A stretch of DNA of 64,000 bases from Camelus dromedarius (lineage: Eukaryota). The DNA lies in the NCBI RefSeq assembly GCF_036321535.1, contig NC_087436.1, positions 104,100,001 through 104,164,000 on the forward strand. Direction: 5' to 3'. Shown one piece after another: positions 1 through 12,910 of the stretch. The notes beneath the pieces were generated by a model that worked only from the letters and a program-made list of their open reading frames with translations, did not search any database and was not told where the DNA came from. The translations under genes were made by a program, and so were the position numbers. Position 1 is the stretch's first letter. Each line of letters starts with the position of its first letter.

Positions 1-204
1 ATATTTTTTTCTGCTTCTCTTTCTGTTTTTCTTCTTCATGAGCTGTCTGTGCTTGAAATGAGCCTCTAGCCACAGAGATATGGGGTCTGCCTCCATTTTC
101 TGTCCCTCTGGGCCCAGGTATCCCCAGAAAAGAGGCTGTTCCATACAAGATTCTGCTTTTTCTGGTGCCCATAAATTCTGTCTTATTTTTCCCTGCACCA
201 TCTA

Positions 205-830
205 ATCATTTACTGAGAGTCTCCAACATTTTATGCAAGACATAAAAAAATAGATAAATACATATACCCTGCTCTTGATTTGCTCACAGTCTAGTAAGGG
301 AGACAGACATATAAATGAATAATCACAATACAGCATAATAGATATAAAAGCAGGCTATAGGGTCATAGGAAAAGGAATGACTAATTATTCCTGGGCAATT
401 ACAGAAAGGCTTCTTGGAGAAGGTAATATGGGACCTGGGGTTTGAAGGGGCATTCAAGAGGGACTCCAGGCCCATGTACCATGTGTGGACGTGGAGACGT
501 GAGCGGGCCTGGGATGTTTGGTAGAACAGATAGAACTTGATGACCAGTTGGATATTGGATATTGAGCGAAAGGAAAGAATTGAAAACATTTCTAAGATTT
601 CATTCAATCATTTAACAATTTTATTACCCACTCTGTTACAAGAGAGTGAGTAGATGATATTCCATTAACAGAAAAAGGAAATATATGGGGAGAAGCCGTT
701 TAGGGGGATGAGATCAGATGAGAATATGTTGAGTTGAGTTGCCTGCAAAACCTCCAGGGGCACAGGCCCAGTGTGCCATCAGAAATGTGGGTCTGCAATT
801 GGGGTAGAGCGTGGTCCAGGCTGAAGATGA
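205..830 (-). mobile_element. L2 LINE, 3' fragment (continues at about 1930-2130 and 2480-2690)
   Basis: catttactgag...gctcacagtctagtaagggagacagac...gaaaggcttcttggagaagg resembles the reverse complement of the L2 3' end. It is interrupted by the MER45-family element. Confidence 0.7.
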
Positions 831-861
831 ATGGTAGGAGCTGTCAGCAAATGCAGGCCTG

Positions 862-1925
862 GACATGACCAGAGACACAAATTGGGGGGCCTGGTGAAAA
901 TGAAAATGTGGGCCCCCTTGTTCACAAAGCGGGAAAAAGATGGCACCAAAGTTATCAAATATACTAAGGTATTAAAATACAAAGCATTTTCCTTTCTTCC
1001 ACAGTCTCTCAACATGTCATGGTGGTTTTTCATTTGCTATTTAATGTTCTTCTAAATAAATAAAAATTGTAAATCACTGGCATGAATTTTACCATTCATT
1101 TTTATATTGTGCAACGCTGGTTCTAAATGTAGATATCAGAATGGTTAACTGTTCTATGTATGTGGAGTCACTGAAATTATGCAATCCCTATTTCTGGCTG
1201 GACCCTGGAGGGTGCCCTAAGCTGACCAAAAGAAATGAACACTAGCCAGGTTCAGGGAAGTGAGGAGGAAGAAAATGTTCCCCCAGGCACAGTGTGGGCC
1301 CAAAGGATCTGGGGATACTTGCAGGGTGAGTTCAGAGCCTCGGAGGTGCCCAGGATTCCTCCTTGGGACTGGCAAGGTCTGCATGTACTTGAACCTGATG
1401 GCTGCCATGTTTCCACAGGCCAGCTGTCCCAACCCATAGCAGATAGGTGACCCTAAGCAGATAGTTCAACCTCTGTTCAAGGATGTGCTGGGTATTTGGA
1501 TCAAAGATGGTGAGAGGTCAGCCAATCACCCACTGAATTTGAGCTGCAGTGTTGCCAGCCTGCAGTGGGAACAGCCTCCACTGCCTGACCTGAGACGCCA
1601 CTGGTTGTGATCTCCACCCTCCTTGCTCCTGTGCTCAGATCCCTGCCAGTGTGGAGACCAGGAGCAGTGGGGAGCGGGGAGTAAGGGGAGAGCAAGCAGG
1701 ACCCAAGGTGCAAGGGTCAGAGAGCCACGTGGCCAAGAGCCCTTCCCAGGGAGGCAGAGGAGAAAAGACTGAACTTAACCTGAGATGCCAAGCCCTCAGC
1801 ACATACTCCTGTTGTCCTATCAGACTTCACTTGCAAAACACAAGTTCAAAGACATCAGAAGAATGTAAAGACAGCAGCTGCATGGCATGAAACCCCAAGT
1901 GTGGGGACCCTTTGCAATTATACTA
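862..1925 (-). mobile_element. MER45-family hAT-Tip100 non-autonomous DNA transposon (MER45R/C-like)
   Basis: Left end ggggggcctggtgaaaatgaaaatgtgggcccccttgttc and right end gacttcacttgcaaaacacaagttcaaagac match recalled MER45 termini. The subfamily is uncertain. Confidence 0.75.
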
Positions 1926-2479
1926 ATTGAAAACACTCAGAATCAGCCATAGGCTTATGACATTGCCCAAGAGGATAAGAAAATAGAAGACCAAGAAGGA
2001 AGACTGGGGATCCCCAACATGAGAGAGGTAGATGGAAAAAAAAAAAAAATAGAGGGAAAACAAGGCAGAGATGAACGGGGAGAGAGAGCTAAGCACAGGA
2101 GCCAAGAGAAAGGAAGGACCATCTCCAGCAGAGATTTCTCCTGGGAGGTCTACAGATAAATTTACTTGTTCCACAAGCATTTGAAAATGGGAAACATTCT
2201 CATAACAAAACAAGATTTTCTTCCAGAAAAAAAAAAAAGAGAGAGAGAGAGAGTTAACGACACCATGTCTACTCTCTGCCTTGGCCAAAATCAACCAGAG
2301 ATGAGCAGCAGCTTCTCCCTTGAAGGGGGCCATTCCTGCTGCACAACCGGCTTCCCATGACTCACTCGGCTTCTGCATGTGCAGCCCTGCGGGGCCCAGC
2401 TTCGCCCAAGCTGCTGCTTACCGTGGGCGCCCGGATCACTAAGTCGGGTCTGCACAGGCTGTGCGATGCTGCAGAAAGG

Positions 2480-2690
2480 TCAGGTAGGAGGGGGCCTAAA
2501 AATAGGTCATTGGATTCGCAAGTAACATCTTCATCAGAACAGTCTGAATGGAGGGATGGGATGGGATCCAGATGGCAGTGGGTTGTGAAGTGAATGGGAG
2601 GTGATGAAGTTGAAGCAGCAAGGGGAGAGACTAAGTTTTCAAGCATTTTTTTTTTTAAATCATAAAGGAGGGTGATGGAAAAGTAGTTTG
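2480..2690 (-). mobile_element. L2 fragment
   Basis: Purine-rich L2 antisense motifs such as ccagatggcagtgggttgtgaagtgaatgggaggtgatgaagttgaagcagc. Confidence 0.6.
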
Positions 2691-4149
2691 AACCCACCCA
2701 GCTATCCCTATTCCTCCCTCATCCTCCTTCCCACACGCTCACTATAACTAAATCAAGAAGGAAAGCAACATGACATAAAGCAAGATCTCCTTTTGAAATT
2801 TCACGCTTTAGGAAAAAAAATCAGTTCAAGACCAGCAGTGGAAATTAACCGAGATTTACTTCTCCTTGCTCGTGTCATATTCAAAGATACCAATCGTGAG
2901 TGTTTATGGCTTCGAATTGGCATTTAGAAAAATAAAATTAGGCTGTTTGAGACTAATTCAGAGGTTTTTTAAAAGGCCATTTTAAAACATTTTATCCTAT
3001 AACACCATAGTGTTTTATGGGAAACTTCAGGGAAAATCTTTTATTTTTTTTAATATTTCAGAACCACATAGAGTTAAACATTTAGGTGCTGCTTTAAAAA
3101 GCCTAGAAAACTATTTGATAGCCCTGTATTTTTTTTTTAAATAACAGGTAAACTACTCAAAACCTAAGCTGTTGTGTGGAATAAGCAATCTTCTCCGTTT
3201 CAAGTGTTGAATAAACTAGTCTTAAAATAAATGATTTTATTTATTTTAAAACAAACGGCATCTGTTTCCACCTACTGCACCATTGTTTGGATGTTTTGCA
3301 GGCTTATTTTTCCACACAGAATGTGAATTAGAGGCTAGTATTTTATCATGAACACAGTAGGTTTGAATTTAGTAGGTTCTGCATTTTATGAAAGGTCTTT
3401 CTTGGGCTAATATACCCTACCCCCAGAGTGGAACTTCCCGGAGTTGTGAGGGCTGACCGATTCTTGCTTGGTGCTACTGAAAGTGCTCTGATTGGCTAAC
3501 AGACTTCTGCAAGGTGATTTAAGACAAGTCCTGGAATCCTTGCAAAGTAATCAGATCTTAACCTTGGCTTCCGCCTGTCTAAGTACAGGAAGCCAGCTCA
3601 CTCCCTCTGTGGCCTCCTCTCACCAGCTGTTCAGTGCGGTCTGTGGAGTTCACCAGGGAAAGTGAGGTCTGCAGCTTTCAACACTTAATGGTGTGAGTCG
3701 GTGAGATTTTGTGACTTTGAGCGGATGTCAAGTACATGAGACAAGTTACACTTTATTTTTTTAAAAAAAGTCTAGGGGGAGGGGAAAACTCTAATTCTTA
3801 TACGTTTGTTTTTAATGACGTTATGGAAGGCAACTAGCCTTTATTTAATAAATTGCTAGAAGTCTTTAAGAAAAACCCCTCAGCATAACTTTAAGGGCCA
3901 TTAATTTACAGCTTTGAGCACCGTTCTTTGATGCTAATGAATAACTTTGTCCTCCACAATAAGCAAGGCAGCGAGCTGGCTCTGTAGCATAATCGCAGCA
4001 GTTGGCCCGTTCTAGACTCGGATGAAGGCGGTATGGGGAGCTGGTGTGTGAGGCGCTGAGGGTGTGGGAAGGGAAGGGCTTTGCGGTAGGCAGAGAAACT
4101 AGATGCAAAAGAGGCCTAGCGGATAGTAAAATGGGTTATTCTCACTGTC

Positions 4150-5185
4150 TTATTTCCTCATTATTCAACCTCTCTCACCCTTAGAAATCTAGATTGTGTG
4201 CCTGCTACAACATTGAAACTGATATCTGCAAACCCCATGGATTTTTTCCTCAATCTTTACTCTTTTTAACACTTTGCATGAGGTGACAGTCTTGGCAAGT
4301 CTCATTTTTTATCAGGTTTTCTTCTCCCTTAACTTCTGTGGCCCAGGACTGTCCTGGTCCTCCTGCCACCCACGTTCCCGCTACTTCTCCACCTCCTCTG
4401 TCTCACCTCCCACCCACCTGCCTACGTGCATCCTTGTGGGTCTGGCTTCTCTACTCTCACCCTTGGTCATCTCATCCAGCACTATGTCTTTGGTTCTCTC
4501 TTCTGGGCAGATGACTACCAAATCATGTTCTGTAACCTAGACTCTTTGTCAAGTTGTAGACGAATGGCAGTGAGCAGCCTGTTAGAAGCGCTAGGAAATT
4601 GGAATTGAAATCAGTTGAGATCACAGGGGAAAACTCAAAGTCCCGTACAGATGCCTGTTGTTATTTTTGCCTTCCACAGCTTCCAAGTCACTTTAATTCT
4701 GGCCTCCTGACTCTCTGAATGCCCCCACTTTTCTTTCAGTTAAACAGGGAAGAAACTGTGGTGCTATCTTTGCTGTGTCCTCTCTCATTCCTCTCATCCA
4801 ACCAAGTCCCACAGTCTCTAAATATGCTATTTCTGCCAGTTTTTGCATCCTGCCCTTCTTTCCAGCTCACCCCACCCAGCACTAAGCAGAACAATGTTCT
4901 CCTGCCCGGCTCCAGTCAGAGCACTTGGCTCAAGGCCGCAGTGAATCTCCCTGTTCACCAAAACCAGTGCAGACTTTTCTACCCAGTGTTTGAGTTCCTC
5001 CACTGCATGGGCCATTTATCCCTCTGTGGCTTTTCTCCTTGCCACTCTCCTATTCAATCACTACACCCCAGCCAGAGTGGACTATCTTCTGCTCTCCAAA
5101 AACCCCGCCAGGCTCTTCCAACTCTGGACTTTTGCTCATGGCAGTCTCTCCCAACAGAATGCCTTTCTGTCTTCACCCCCTAACC
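4150..5185 (+). mobile_element. L2 fragments (sense)
   Basis: Pyrimidine-rich L2 body motifs (ggtcatctcatccagcac...gcagatgactaccaaatc; gacttttgctcatggcagtctctcccaacagaatgcc). Confidence 0.6.
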
Positions 5186-5197
5186 TGATTTCAAGGC

Positions 5198-5690
5198 ACT
5201 ATCGGTCTGGGTCTAGGCAGAGGAATAGAGACCACTCTAGGTATTTCAAACACAGGGAACTTAATACAGGGAATTGGTTTCAAAGATACTGGAAGTGTTG
5301 GGAGAGCATAAAGCTGAAGGAGTAAAAGAGAAGCCGCAGCTCAGCACCCTTGGTCTGAAGCCCCTCTGTCCACACCTGCCGCTGAGCTGCTTGTCTGTTC
5401 TGGCTGTGCCGCAGGGGCGCTGCCTGGACCAGCTGGAACTGCTGAAGTGATGCTGCCTCCGCCCGGGCTGCTGCAGCCTGGACTCCCCCCTGCTCTGGGG
5501 CTCCAACAACCACCTCACTCTCAGAGCCAGAGAAACGCTCTTCTTTCACTGCTGCCTTTGGATTTCCCTCAGGCCCAGCTCGAAAGAGAGCCTGGGAAAT
5601 GTAGTTCTCAGACACTTGGCTTTGTCTACCTTAAAAGCAGAATACAGAAGGCCAGTTGGGGCCACGAGACAACAGGTAAATAGCTGGATG
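5198..5690 (-). mobile_element. ERVL solo LTR (LTR33/LTR41 group)
   Basis: accactctaggtatttcaaacacagggaacttaatacagggaattgg at one end and gagcctgggaaatgtagtt...gagacaacaggtaaatagc at the other match this recalled LTR group. Confidence 0.65.
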
Positions 5691-5789
5691 AGAGCCCCAT
5701 TCAAATGCCGTATATTTCTTGTCACAACTATACTTTTGTAAAACAAACAAACAAACAAAAAAACAAATGCCACGCATTTCCTAATGTAG

Positions 5790-5891
5790 TTTTTTTTTGT
5801 TTGTTTGTTTTTTTACCAGAGGTACTCGGGATTGAACCCAGGACCTTGTGGATGCTAAGCATGTGCTCTACCACTGAGCTATTTCCCTCCC
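5790..5891 (-). mobile_element. tRNA-derived SINE, camelid Vic-1 type (short-tail form)
   Basis: Minus strand reads gggagggaaatagctcagtggtagagcacatgcttagcatccacaaggtcctgggttcaatcccgagtacctc (Pol III A and B boxes) followed by an A-rich tail. Confidence 0.9.
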
Positions 5892-5984
5892 TACTCCCAC
5901 AGCATAGTTCTTGATTCCTCATTTCCCTGCCCCTCTTCAACCTTAGCTAAAAGCAACGCTCCCTCTTCTGAATTTTGTCTAAAT

Positions 5985-6570
5985 TTTGTTTGTCGAATAT
6001 ATATTGAAAAACCACTCTATGCCAGGCTCTGTGCTGGGTACTAAAAAGACAACCATGAGTAAGACAGACTGGGCTTCTGTTCCCTGGAGCTTCATGGAGT
6101 TTGAAGTCTCACTGGGAAGACACAATCAAACATGCCATGACGAGGTAGTCTGATAAGCACTGAGATGGGGGGTACATGTGTCGGAGCCCACACACGCATG
6201 GTGGTTAAAGCAAACCGGGATGGTCAGGAAGTGCTTCCAGGGGAAGCCATAGTCTGAAGCCAAAGAGGTGGGGGTAAGGGGAAAATGCACTTGATAGAAA
6301 GAAACCCACGTTCAAAGGCCCAGAGGTGAGAGAGAGTGCATCCTGTGTGGAAGGGTGTGTGCAGAGTGGCCGGTGTGGAGATTTCAAAGTGGAGAATGGA
6401 AAAGAGGAGAATGGGGAGAGACGGGGGCTGGAGGAGACAAGAGATGTCACATCAAGCAAGGTCTGGCAACCCACATGAATGAGTTTGGATTTCATCCTAA
6501 AGACAATGGGAAACCATTGAAGGTTTCCAGCAGGGATGTGGTACGATCAGGTATTCATTTTAGGAAGCTT
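5985..6570 (-). mobile_element. L2 3' fragment
   Basis: ctatgccaggctctgtgctgggtac...gagtttggatttcatcctaaagacaatgggaaaccattgaagg is typical antisense L2. Confidence 0.8.
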
Positions 6571-6726
6571 ATGTGGAAATACATACCCCCAGAAGATCTC
6601 TTATCTATGGCAGTTTTTATAACACAGGCTACCTTTTCCGACTGCCCCATCTGTCTTAAGATGCTTTAGAGACATGTAATCTCTAAAAAGCTCCTCCTTG
6701 CTTGAGATTTCTCAGTTTTTCTACTA

Positions 6727-7002
6727 CCCACTGTATGATTTCATTTATCTGACATTCTGGAAAAGGCAAAGACAGAAACCAAATATATATAGACACAGAA
6801 GTCAAATCAGGGGTTAGGAAGGTCTGGGAGTGGCCAGAAGAGTTGACTACACACGGGCACAAGGGAACTTTTTGTGATAATGGAAATACTGTCTCATGAT
6901 TGCATGTGTCGGTCAAAACACATACAGCTATACACTTAAATGGGTGAGTTAACTGCTTGTAACTATGCTTCAATAAATCTGACTTAAAAAAAGAAAAAAG
7001 AA
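6727..7002 (+). mobile_element. Old L1 (L1MB/ME-type) 3' end
   Basis: ctgtatgatttcatttatctgacattctggaaaaggcaaa...cttcaataaa plus an A tail. Confidence 0.8.
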
Positions 7003-7884
7003 CATCTTTCCTTCCTACTGACTCTTGCACCTGCATTGCACCCCTGACTTCCCTGCTGTGCCCCCGCCTACCTTGGCATCTGTGAAGTCTGACGACCTCT
7101 GTCAACTTAAATCTTCTGTTATTTGACAATGTAAAGCCTCTCTTTGCTTGTCGCTGTGTGTGCCAGCACCTCTTACTTAAGCTCCTTGTGGACAGTGGGC
7201 AGAGCTTACTTACATTTTGGCTGTTTTTCCTGTAGGCAAGCAGCACACACTGAGTCTGAGGGGGTGTGTTGTCTAGAGGAATGATTTCAGTTTTGATGGG
7301 TTCTTTGATCGGCTTTTGATCAGCTCACCTCTGGCTCATCTGGGGCCCATCCCAGACCTTTCTCTTTTCCTCTTAGTTCATTTGTTCAAACCTCACTCTC
7401 TGATACTGTGCAGATATGAAAGGTTCTAACCAGACAGCATGCAAAACGAAATATTAAACAGGAAGATAAAATGACTCATTATTTTGAAAGTGGAAAGGAA
7501 AAGGAGGACCAGGGTTTCTACCATTTGCCTTGGATATGAAAGGAGCTACGGACTCTGGGAGCATCACAAAGATTTCATTTCTCCCCAGTTGGACAAGCAG
7601 CAGCTTGTAGCCTGGCAGACACTACCTGCTTGTGTTTGTCCTACCAGAAGCCTGTGATTCTAAAGGATATCAGGTTTCTAGAAAAAACAGAAGTCTACCT
7701 GTGGAGGATCAGGGGGATATTTCCCACCCAGAGTGAAGGTCTTAGGGTAGAAGGATTATTTTACTGTAGCTGTTTGCCAAAAACCTGGTTTCCCTGAGTT
7801 GCATGGAAAGACAAATCATGGTTTAAAGAAGCTAGTTTTATTTTTGTCTCATGCCCTGGAAAAATCTGACATGGGGAAGTTTTT

Positions 7885-8969
7885 CTTTTTTTTCAAGCTA
7901 TGTCTTTTATTGATTTAATTTAATTTAACTTTTATTGAAGTATGGTTTATTTACAATACTACATTAGTTTCAGGTGTCCAACATTCAGTATTTTTATAGA
8001 TTATATTCCATTTAAAGCTATTACCAAATATTGGCTATCTCCCCTGTGCTGTACTATATATCCTTGTTGCTTATTTATTTTATGCATAGTAGTTTGTATC
8101 TCTTAGTCCCCTACCACTATATTGCCTCTCCCCGCTTCCCTCTGGTAACCACTGGTTTGCTCTCTATATCTGTGAGTCTGTTTCTGTTTTGTTATATTTA
8201 TTAATTTGTTTTATTTTTTAGATTCCACTTATAAGTGATATCATACAGTATTTGCCTTTCTCTTTCTGACTTATTCACGTAGCATAATGCCCTCCAGGCC
8301 CATCCATGTTGTTGCAAATTGCAAAATTTCATTATTTTTGTGACTGAGTAATATTCCATTATGTATATATACCACATCTTCTTGCTCTATTCTTCTGTTG
8401 ATGGACACTTAGGTTGCTTCCATATCTTGGCAATTGTAAATAATACTGTGATGAACATAGGGGTTCATGTATCTTCTTGAATTAGTGCTTTCATTTTTTG
8501 TGGATATATACTCAGGAGTAGAATTATTGTATCATATGGTCATTCTATTTTTAGTTTTTGAGAAACCTCCATACTGTTTTCCATAGTGACTGTACAAATT
8601 TACATTCTCACCAATAGTGTCTAAGGGTTCCTTTTTCTCCACATCGTCACCAACATTTATTATTCATGTTCTTTTTGATAATAGCCATTCTAACAGGTGT
8701 GAGGTGATATCTCATTGTGGTTTTGATTTGCATTTCTCTGATGGTTACCAATGTTGAGCATCTTTTCCTGTGTCTATTGGTCATCTGTATGTCTTCTTTG
8801 GAAAAATATCTATTCAGGTCTTCTGCCCATTTTTATTTAGGTTGTTTGTTTTTCTGATATTGAGTTGTATGAGCTGTTTATTTATGTTGGATATTAACCC
8901 CTTATCGATCATGTCACTTGCAAATTTCTCTTTAATTCAGAAGGTTGTCTCTTTGTTCTGTCAATGGTG
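7885..8969 (-). mobile_element. 5'-truncated L1 (cetartiodactyl-type 3' UTR and end of ORF2)
   Basis: T-rich tail, then tttattgaagtatggtttatttacaat...ggtgtgaggtgatatctcattgtggttttgatttgcatttctctgat, the conserved antisense of the L1 ORF2 C-terminus. Confidence 0.92.
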
Positions 8970-9198
8970 ACACATGGAGTTCTTGATTTTAATTATTAGG
9001 TATTTAATATCACTCATAGCTTGCCCAGCATGTAGAAATACTTACTGAAATTACTTTTATTCTAACACAACAACCAATGGAATAATATGATTAAGCATTT
9101 TGTTTTTGCAAAGTAGCTTGAAATTGGTATGTATCATAAACCTGGCAGATATGGGAACCTTATTATTTTCATTCAGTAGCATATTTAAACCTTTAAGG

Positions 9199-9607
9199 CA
9201 AGGTTCAGCAAATTGCTGCCATGGACCAAATCTGGCTCACTTTTTTTGTTTGTTTGTTTGCTTTAAACATTCTCTCTCTCTCTTTTTTTTTTTTTTGAGG
9301 GGGTAGGTAATTAGGTTTATTCATTTATCTATTTTTTTAGAGGAGGTACTGGGAATTGAACCCAGGACCTTGTGCATGCTAAGCATGTGCCATACAACTT
9401 GAGCCATATCCTCCACCCTTGGCTTGCCACTTGTTTTTTATAAATAAAGTTTTATTGAAACACCAGCACTCCCAATTGTTTACATATTCTCTATGGCTGT
9501 TTTCCACACAACAGCAGAGTTGTATGGCTGTAGCAGAGAACACAGGGCCCAAAAAGCCAGAAATATTTACTATCTGACTCTTTACTGAATAAGTTTGACC
9601 ACCTCTG
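9199..9607 (+). mobile_element. MER58A hAT-Charlie MITE, interrupted by a SINE
   Basis: caaggttcagcaaa...taaataaagttttattgaaacac...aaatatttactatctgactctttactgaataagtttgaccacctctg. The 8-bp flanks ctttaagg/ctgtaaga match at 6/8. Confidence 0.85.
9281..9418 (-). mobile_element. Vic-1-type SINE (long-tail form)
   Basis: tRNA-like head, the aaacctaattacct motif and a poly(A) tail on the minus strand. It is nested in MER58A. Confidence 0.9.
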
Positions 9608-9914
9608 CTGTAAGAGATAACATTTTCCAGAGTTATTTTCAGAATCCCCATAGGTCCCATAATCAGGCCTTACTTTTGAAAGGAAAATAGAAAGATAGCA
9701 TCTGTCTGTGTTGTGATAATCTCTCTCAAAAGTACAGATATTTTGTTTTGAATATAGAATAGGAAAAAAGCTAATAAAATTATTGTTTGTTTTTCTAGAA
9801 AATGTCTTAGGCAAAGTTTCCAGTTGGCCCTCTCTGTGACATACAACTTTTATGGCCATGTGTTTGTGTGTTTTTGTGCACCTTCAGTAGTAAATAACAT
9901 CTTATCAGAAAATG

Positions 9915-10090
9915 CAACTATTCTTAGACTTTTGGTGGGTTACTGACACTTTTGGGTACCAGTAAAGATCTAAAGAGTCTCTTTTCAGAGGCTAAAAATG
10001 GTCAAATGCACATATACTCAAACTCAGTGTATAATCACGAGTTCACAGAGGTCTGATGCCTGCCTATACGGTCCAGGTAAATTCCTCCTT
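9915..10090 (+). mobile_element. Probable MER117-like hAT-Charlie MITE
   Basis: Degenerate match to the recalled consensus (aaatgcacatatactc...gagttcacagaggtctgatgcc...ccaggtaaa). Confidence 0.45.
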
Positions 10091-11484
10091 TACCAACAGA
10101 TGCGTCTCTATAAGCAGAACTCCAGGCACGAGCCAGTTTGAGGAGGGGGACGTGGAGGGTATCAGGCAGTCCTAGCATCCCGGGAAAATCACAAAACATG
10201 GGCAGTCACTTTGTTTCATAAAACTAAAGCCTTAAAGGGCATTTAGTCTTCAGATGCCAGAGTTTGGATACTGGTTCTACATGAACTAAAGTACAAACAA
10301 AAACCTTCTTGAGCCTCTGAATTGCAGAAGCTGCAATCTGGTGGTTAGGGAATTCCCTGTAACAGAAGGCAACTGCAGAGGTCAGAGGTGATAAATGTCC
10401 CAGAAATATGCAAACACTGCACAGCTCTGAGAGCTTCTTCAGGGCCCCACACTTAATTACAAGGATCTATCTCTTATCTCTTATTGTTTTGTCTACCCAT
10501 TAAGATGCAGTGGAAGTTAGGTTTGCAGAAAAATCTCCTATGCAGAGATAGAATGTCACATACACTTAAGGAACCAGAAAGATAACCCACCAAATTAAAA
10601 ATGGGAGCCTGGAACCCTCCGGTGAAGTATCCACTGGCATATTGCACCACAGTGCTCAGGAGTTCTAGCCAAACAAGAGTGTTCATCATTTGCATATAAG
10701 CTTTGTTTATTCACAGAAGGAACAGACCTGCGGATTTGCAAGTACCTGACAAGTTGAGTAAACAGCTGTGTGATCTTCCTACCAAATTCGAGACGTGAGA
10801 TTGAGTGCTCCTCTGGTAGGGTCAGCTTCTTACAGAAATCTCCTTTGTGGCCCTTGGACACCCTAGGTTGGGAAGCCGTAACTTCCTTGAGATGAAATGG
10901 CCCAAATCACTGATGCCCTGTTCCCCGAACCCAGCTCCTGGATGGTTCCTGTATGGTTTTATGGGTGTGGAAGGAGTGCAGAAGGAATTGCAAAAGATAA
11001 GCTATACCCACCCGGGGAGCCCTGTCTCACCTGTGTCAGATTACACTGTTTGCTAGAATGATTCCAGGAGAGCAAAACCTCACCAGCTGGGTGCTTAGCC
11101 ATGCTCTTTGTCCACAGGCATCACAAAATGCTGCGCAGCCCCAACATAGCAACAGGCTTTAGTCCCGATGAAGTGAAAATAAACAATTAAGAAGCATACC
11201 TGCTGCTAATAAACTTTCACCTTGGGTGCTTGGTGATTCATTCCTTAGCCTCGACACTTGCTCTCCTAAATCGTAGTTGTTTCTACAGGCATGTGGTCAG
11301 TTTATCCTTTTTTTTTTTCCTACATGAGAGGGAAAAAATTGGGGCATTTCCCACCTGCCAGTAGCAGTGTCCTTTCCCCTCTGCCCCTTGGTCTTTCCCT
11401 CCCCCTCCCTCTCTCTGTAAGATTGGAGACAGGTTACTAGAAAGGGGCTGGACTAAGAGTTAAAGAAAGTGGGGGTTGACTTGA

Positions 11485-11610
11485 GCTTCTAGAATGTTGA
11501 GTTGCCTGAGGCAAATCCTTTAACCCTGTTGTGTTTGTTTCTTCAGCTATAAAAAGAGAGCTTAGGAGGAGATGACTTCTAAATTCCCTTCTACCTCTGA
11601 AATGTGATTT
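11485..11610 (+). mobile_element. MIR3-like SINE fragment
   Basis: agatgacttctaaattcccttctacctctgaaatgtgattttgtgatt resembles the MIR3 3' end. Confidence 0.55.
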
Positions 11611-12054
11611 TGTGATTGCTTTGGAATACCTAGGGACATTCAAAGAATCTTTGACTCCCACAAAGGGAACAGAGTCCCAGGAGGGACCCGGCTTGTATAT
11701 TATTTAAACAACTGAATTGCAATAAGGCTTTTCCCATTAAGGCATTTGGTGCAGGCAAGTATTTTATAACAAACATCCCATGAGCTCATTTAAAGCTCCA
11801 TTAAAAAGCAAATGTATTTTTCAAAGTGAGCTCCTTCTAATTAACGGTTATTTGAGATTTATATTTCCCTCCAGTCTTGAGTTCTGGGCATCTGTGGATG
11901 GATGCCCAGGCAAATGTAGCTCTCAGGAAAGATAATTGGTTTGCTAAAGGTTGTAGATACAATGACTAAGGGGTATAAAATAAATGGATTTATCCCAATC
12001 TCCCTTCCTGAGTTCTTCCCACTCTCCTGCATCACAGCCTCTCTCATTTAAAAC

Positions 12055-12350
12055 AGTAATGTAAACGCTAATATTTGCTCAGCGTGTACTAATTGCCAAC
12101 CACTGTTTGAAAGTCTAACGCTAAACACAGCACATATACTTGTCTAAGTCTCTAACATTTGTTAATTTAGCAAATTCTCCCTACAATCCTATAAGGTAGG
12201 TACTTTTTATGATCCCTATTTACCAATGAGGAAACTGAAGTGCAGAGAGGTTAAGTAACTTGTCCAAGGCCACACAGCTAATAAGTGGCAAAAGCAGGAT
12301 TTGAAGATGGGGTTCCAGAGTTCACACTCTTAATTCTTTTACCATAGTAC
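12055..12350 (-). mobile_element. MIR SINE
   Basis: Core atgaggaaactgaagtgcagagaggttaagtaacttgtccaaggccacacagct. Confidence 0.9.
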
Positions 12351-12794
12351 ATTATACTGGGGCATGCACGAATTCGGGAAGCAATGTTTTATGTGAGAGG
12401 GGAAGACATTTTTTAAGTGTCATTTCATCAAGTATTTTACCATCCAAGCAAAGGCTAATCTAGAGATGATTTGGAATGACAAAATGGTTTCCATTAGATA
12501 ATCTTTCAGCACAAAATCAACAGCTCCAAGATTATATGGAACAGCCAAAGATGTTTTAGTATTTTCTTTTTATTTCTGCTGCATAATGAATTTCTGAAAA
12601 AGCTGCCAGAAAGAGTCTATTTAAAACCAAGTTAGGGTTCACAGGTCAGGCTCCTTCCATTTAAGGCATCTGAAGCTACGTACAGCCTCGGAGGCTGAAA
12701 TTAATTTCCCCAGGTGATGTAAATTAAGTCTACCCAGAAGGAATCATAATGGGCATCCCTTGTGTTCACACACATAGCCTGTGGATCCCTTGCC

Positions 12795-12910
12795 AAGCCC
12801 ATTTTATGGAAAAGGAAACTGAGGCTTAGAGTGCTTGATAATTCTCCTGGGACCACATACTTAGAGCCACAGCTGAAGAATTCTGACTCGCAGTGCTGGG
12901 CAGTTTCCAT
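12795..12910 (-). mobile_element. MIR fragment
   Basis: cccattttatggaaaaggaaactgaggcttagag. Confidence 0.65.

Noticed and set aside
5820..5891. tRNA-Ala-like genes (also at about 9345, 17625, 30030, 35695 and 49864)
   Set aside because: They are diverged from each other and have A-rich tails, most with TSDs, so they are SINE heads rather than tRNA genes.
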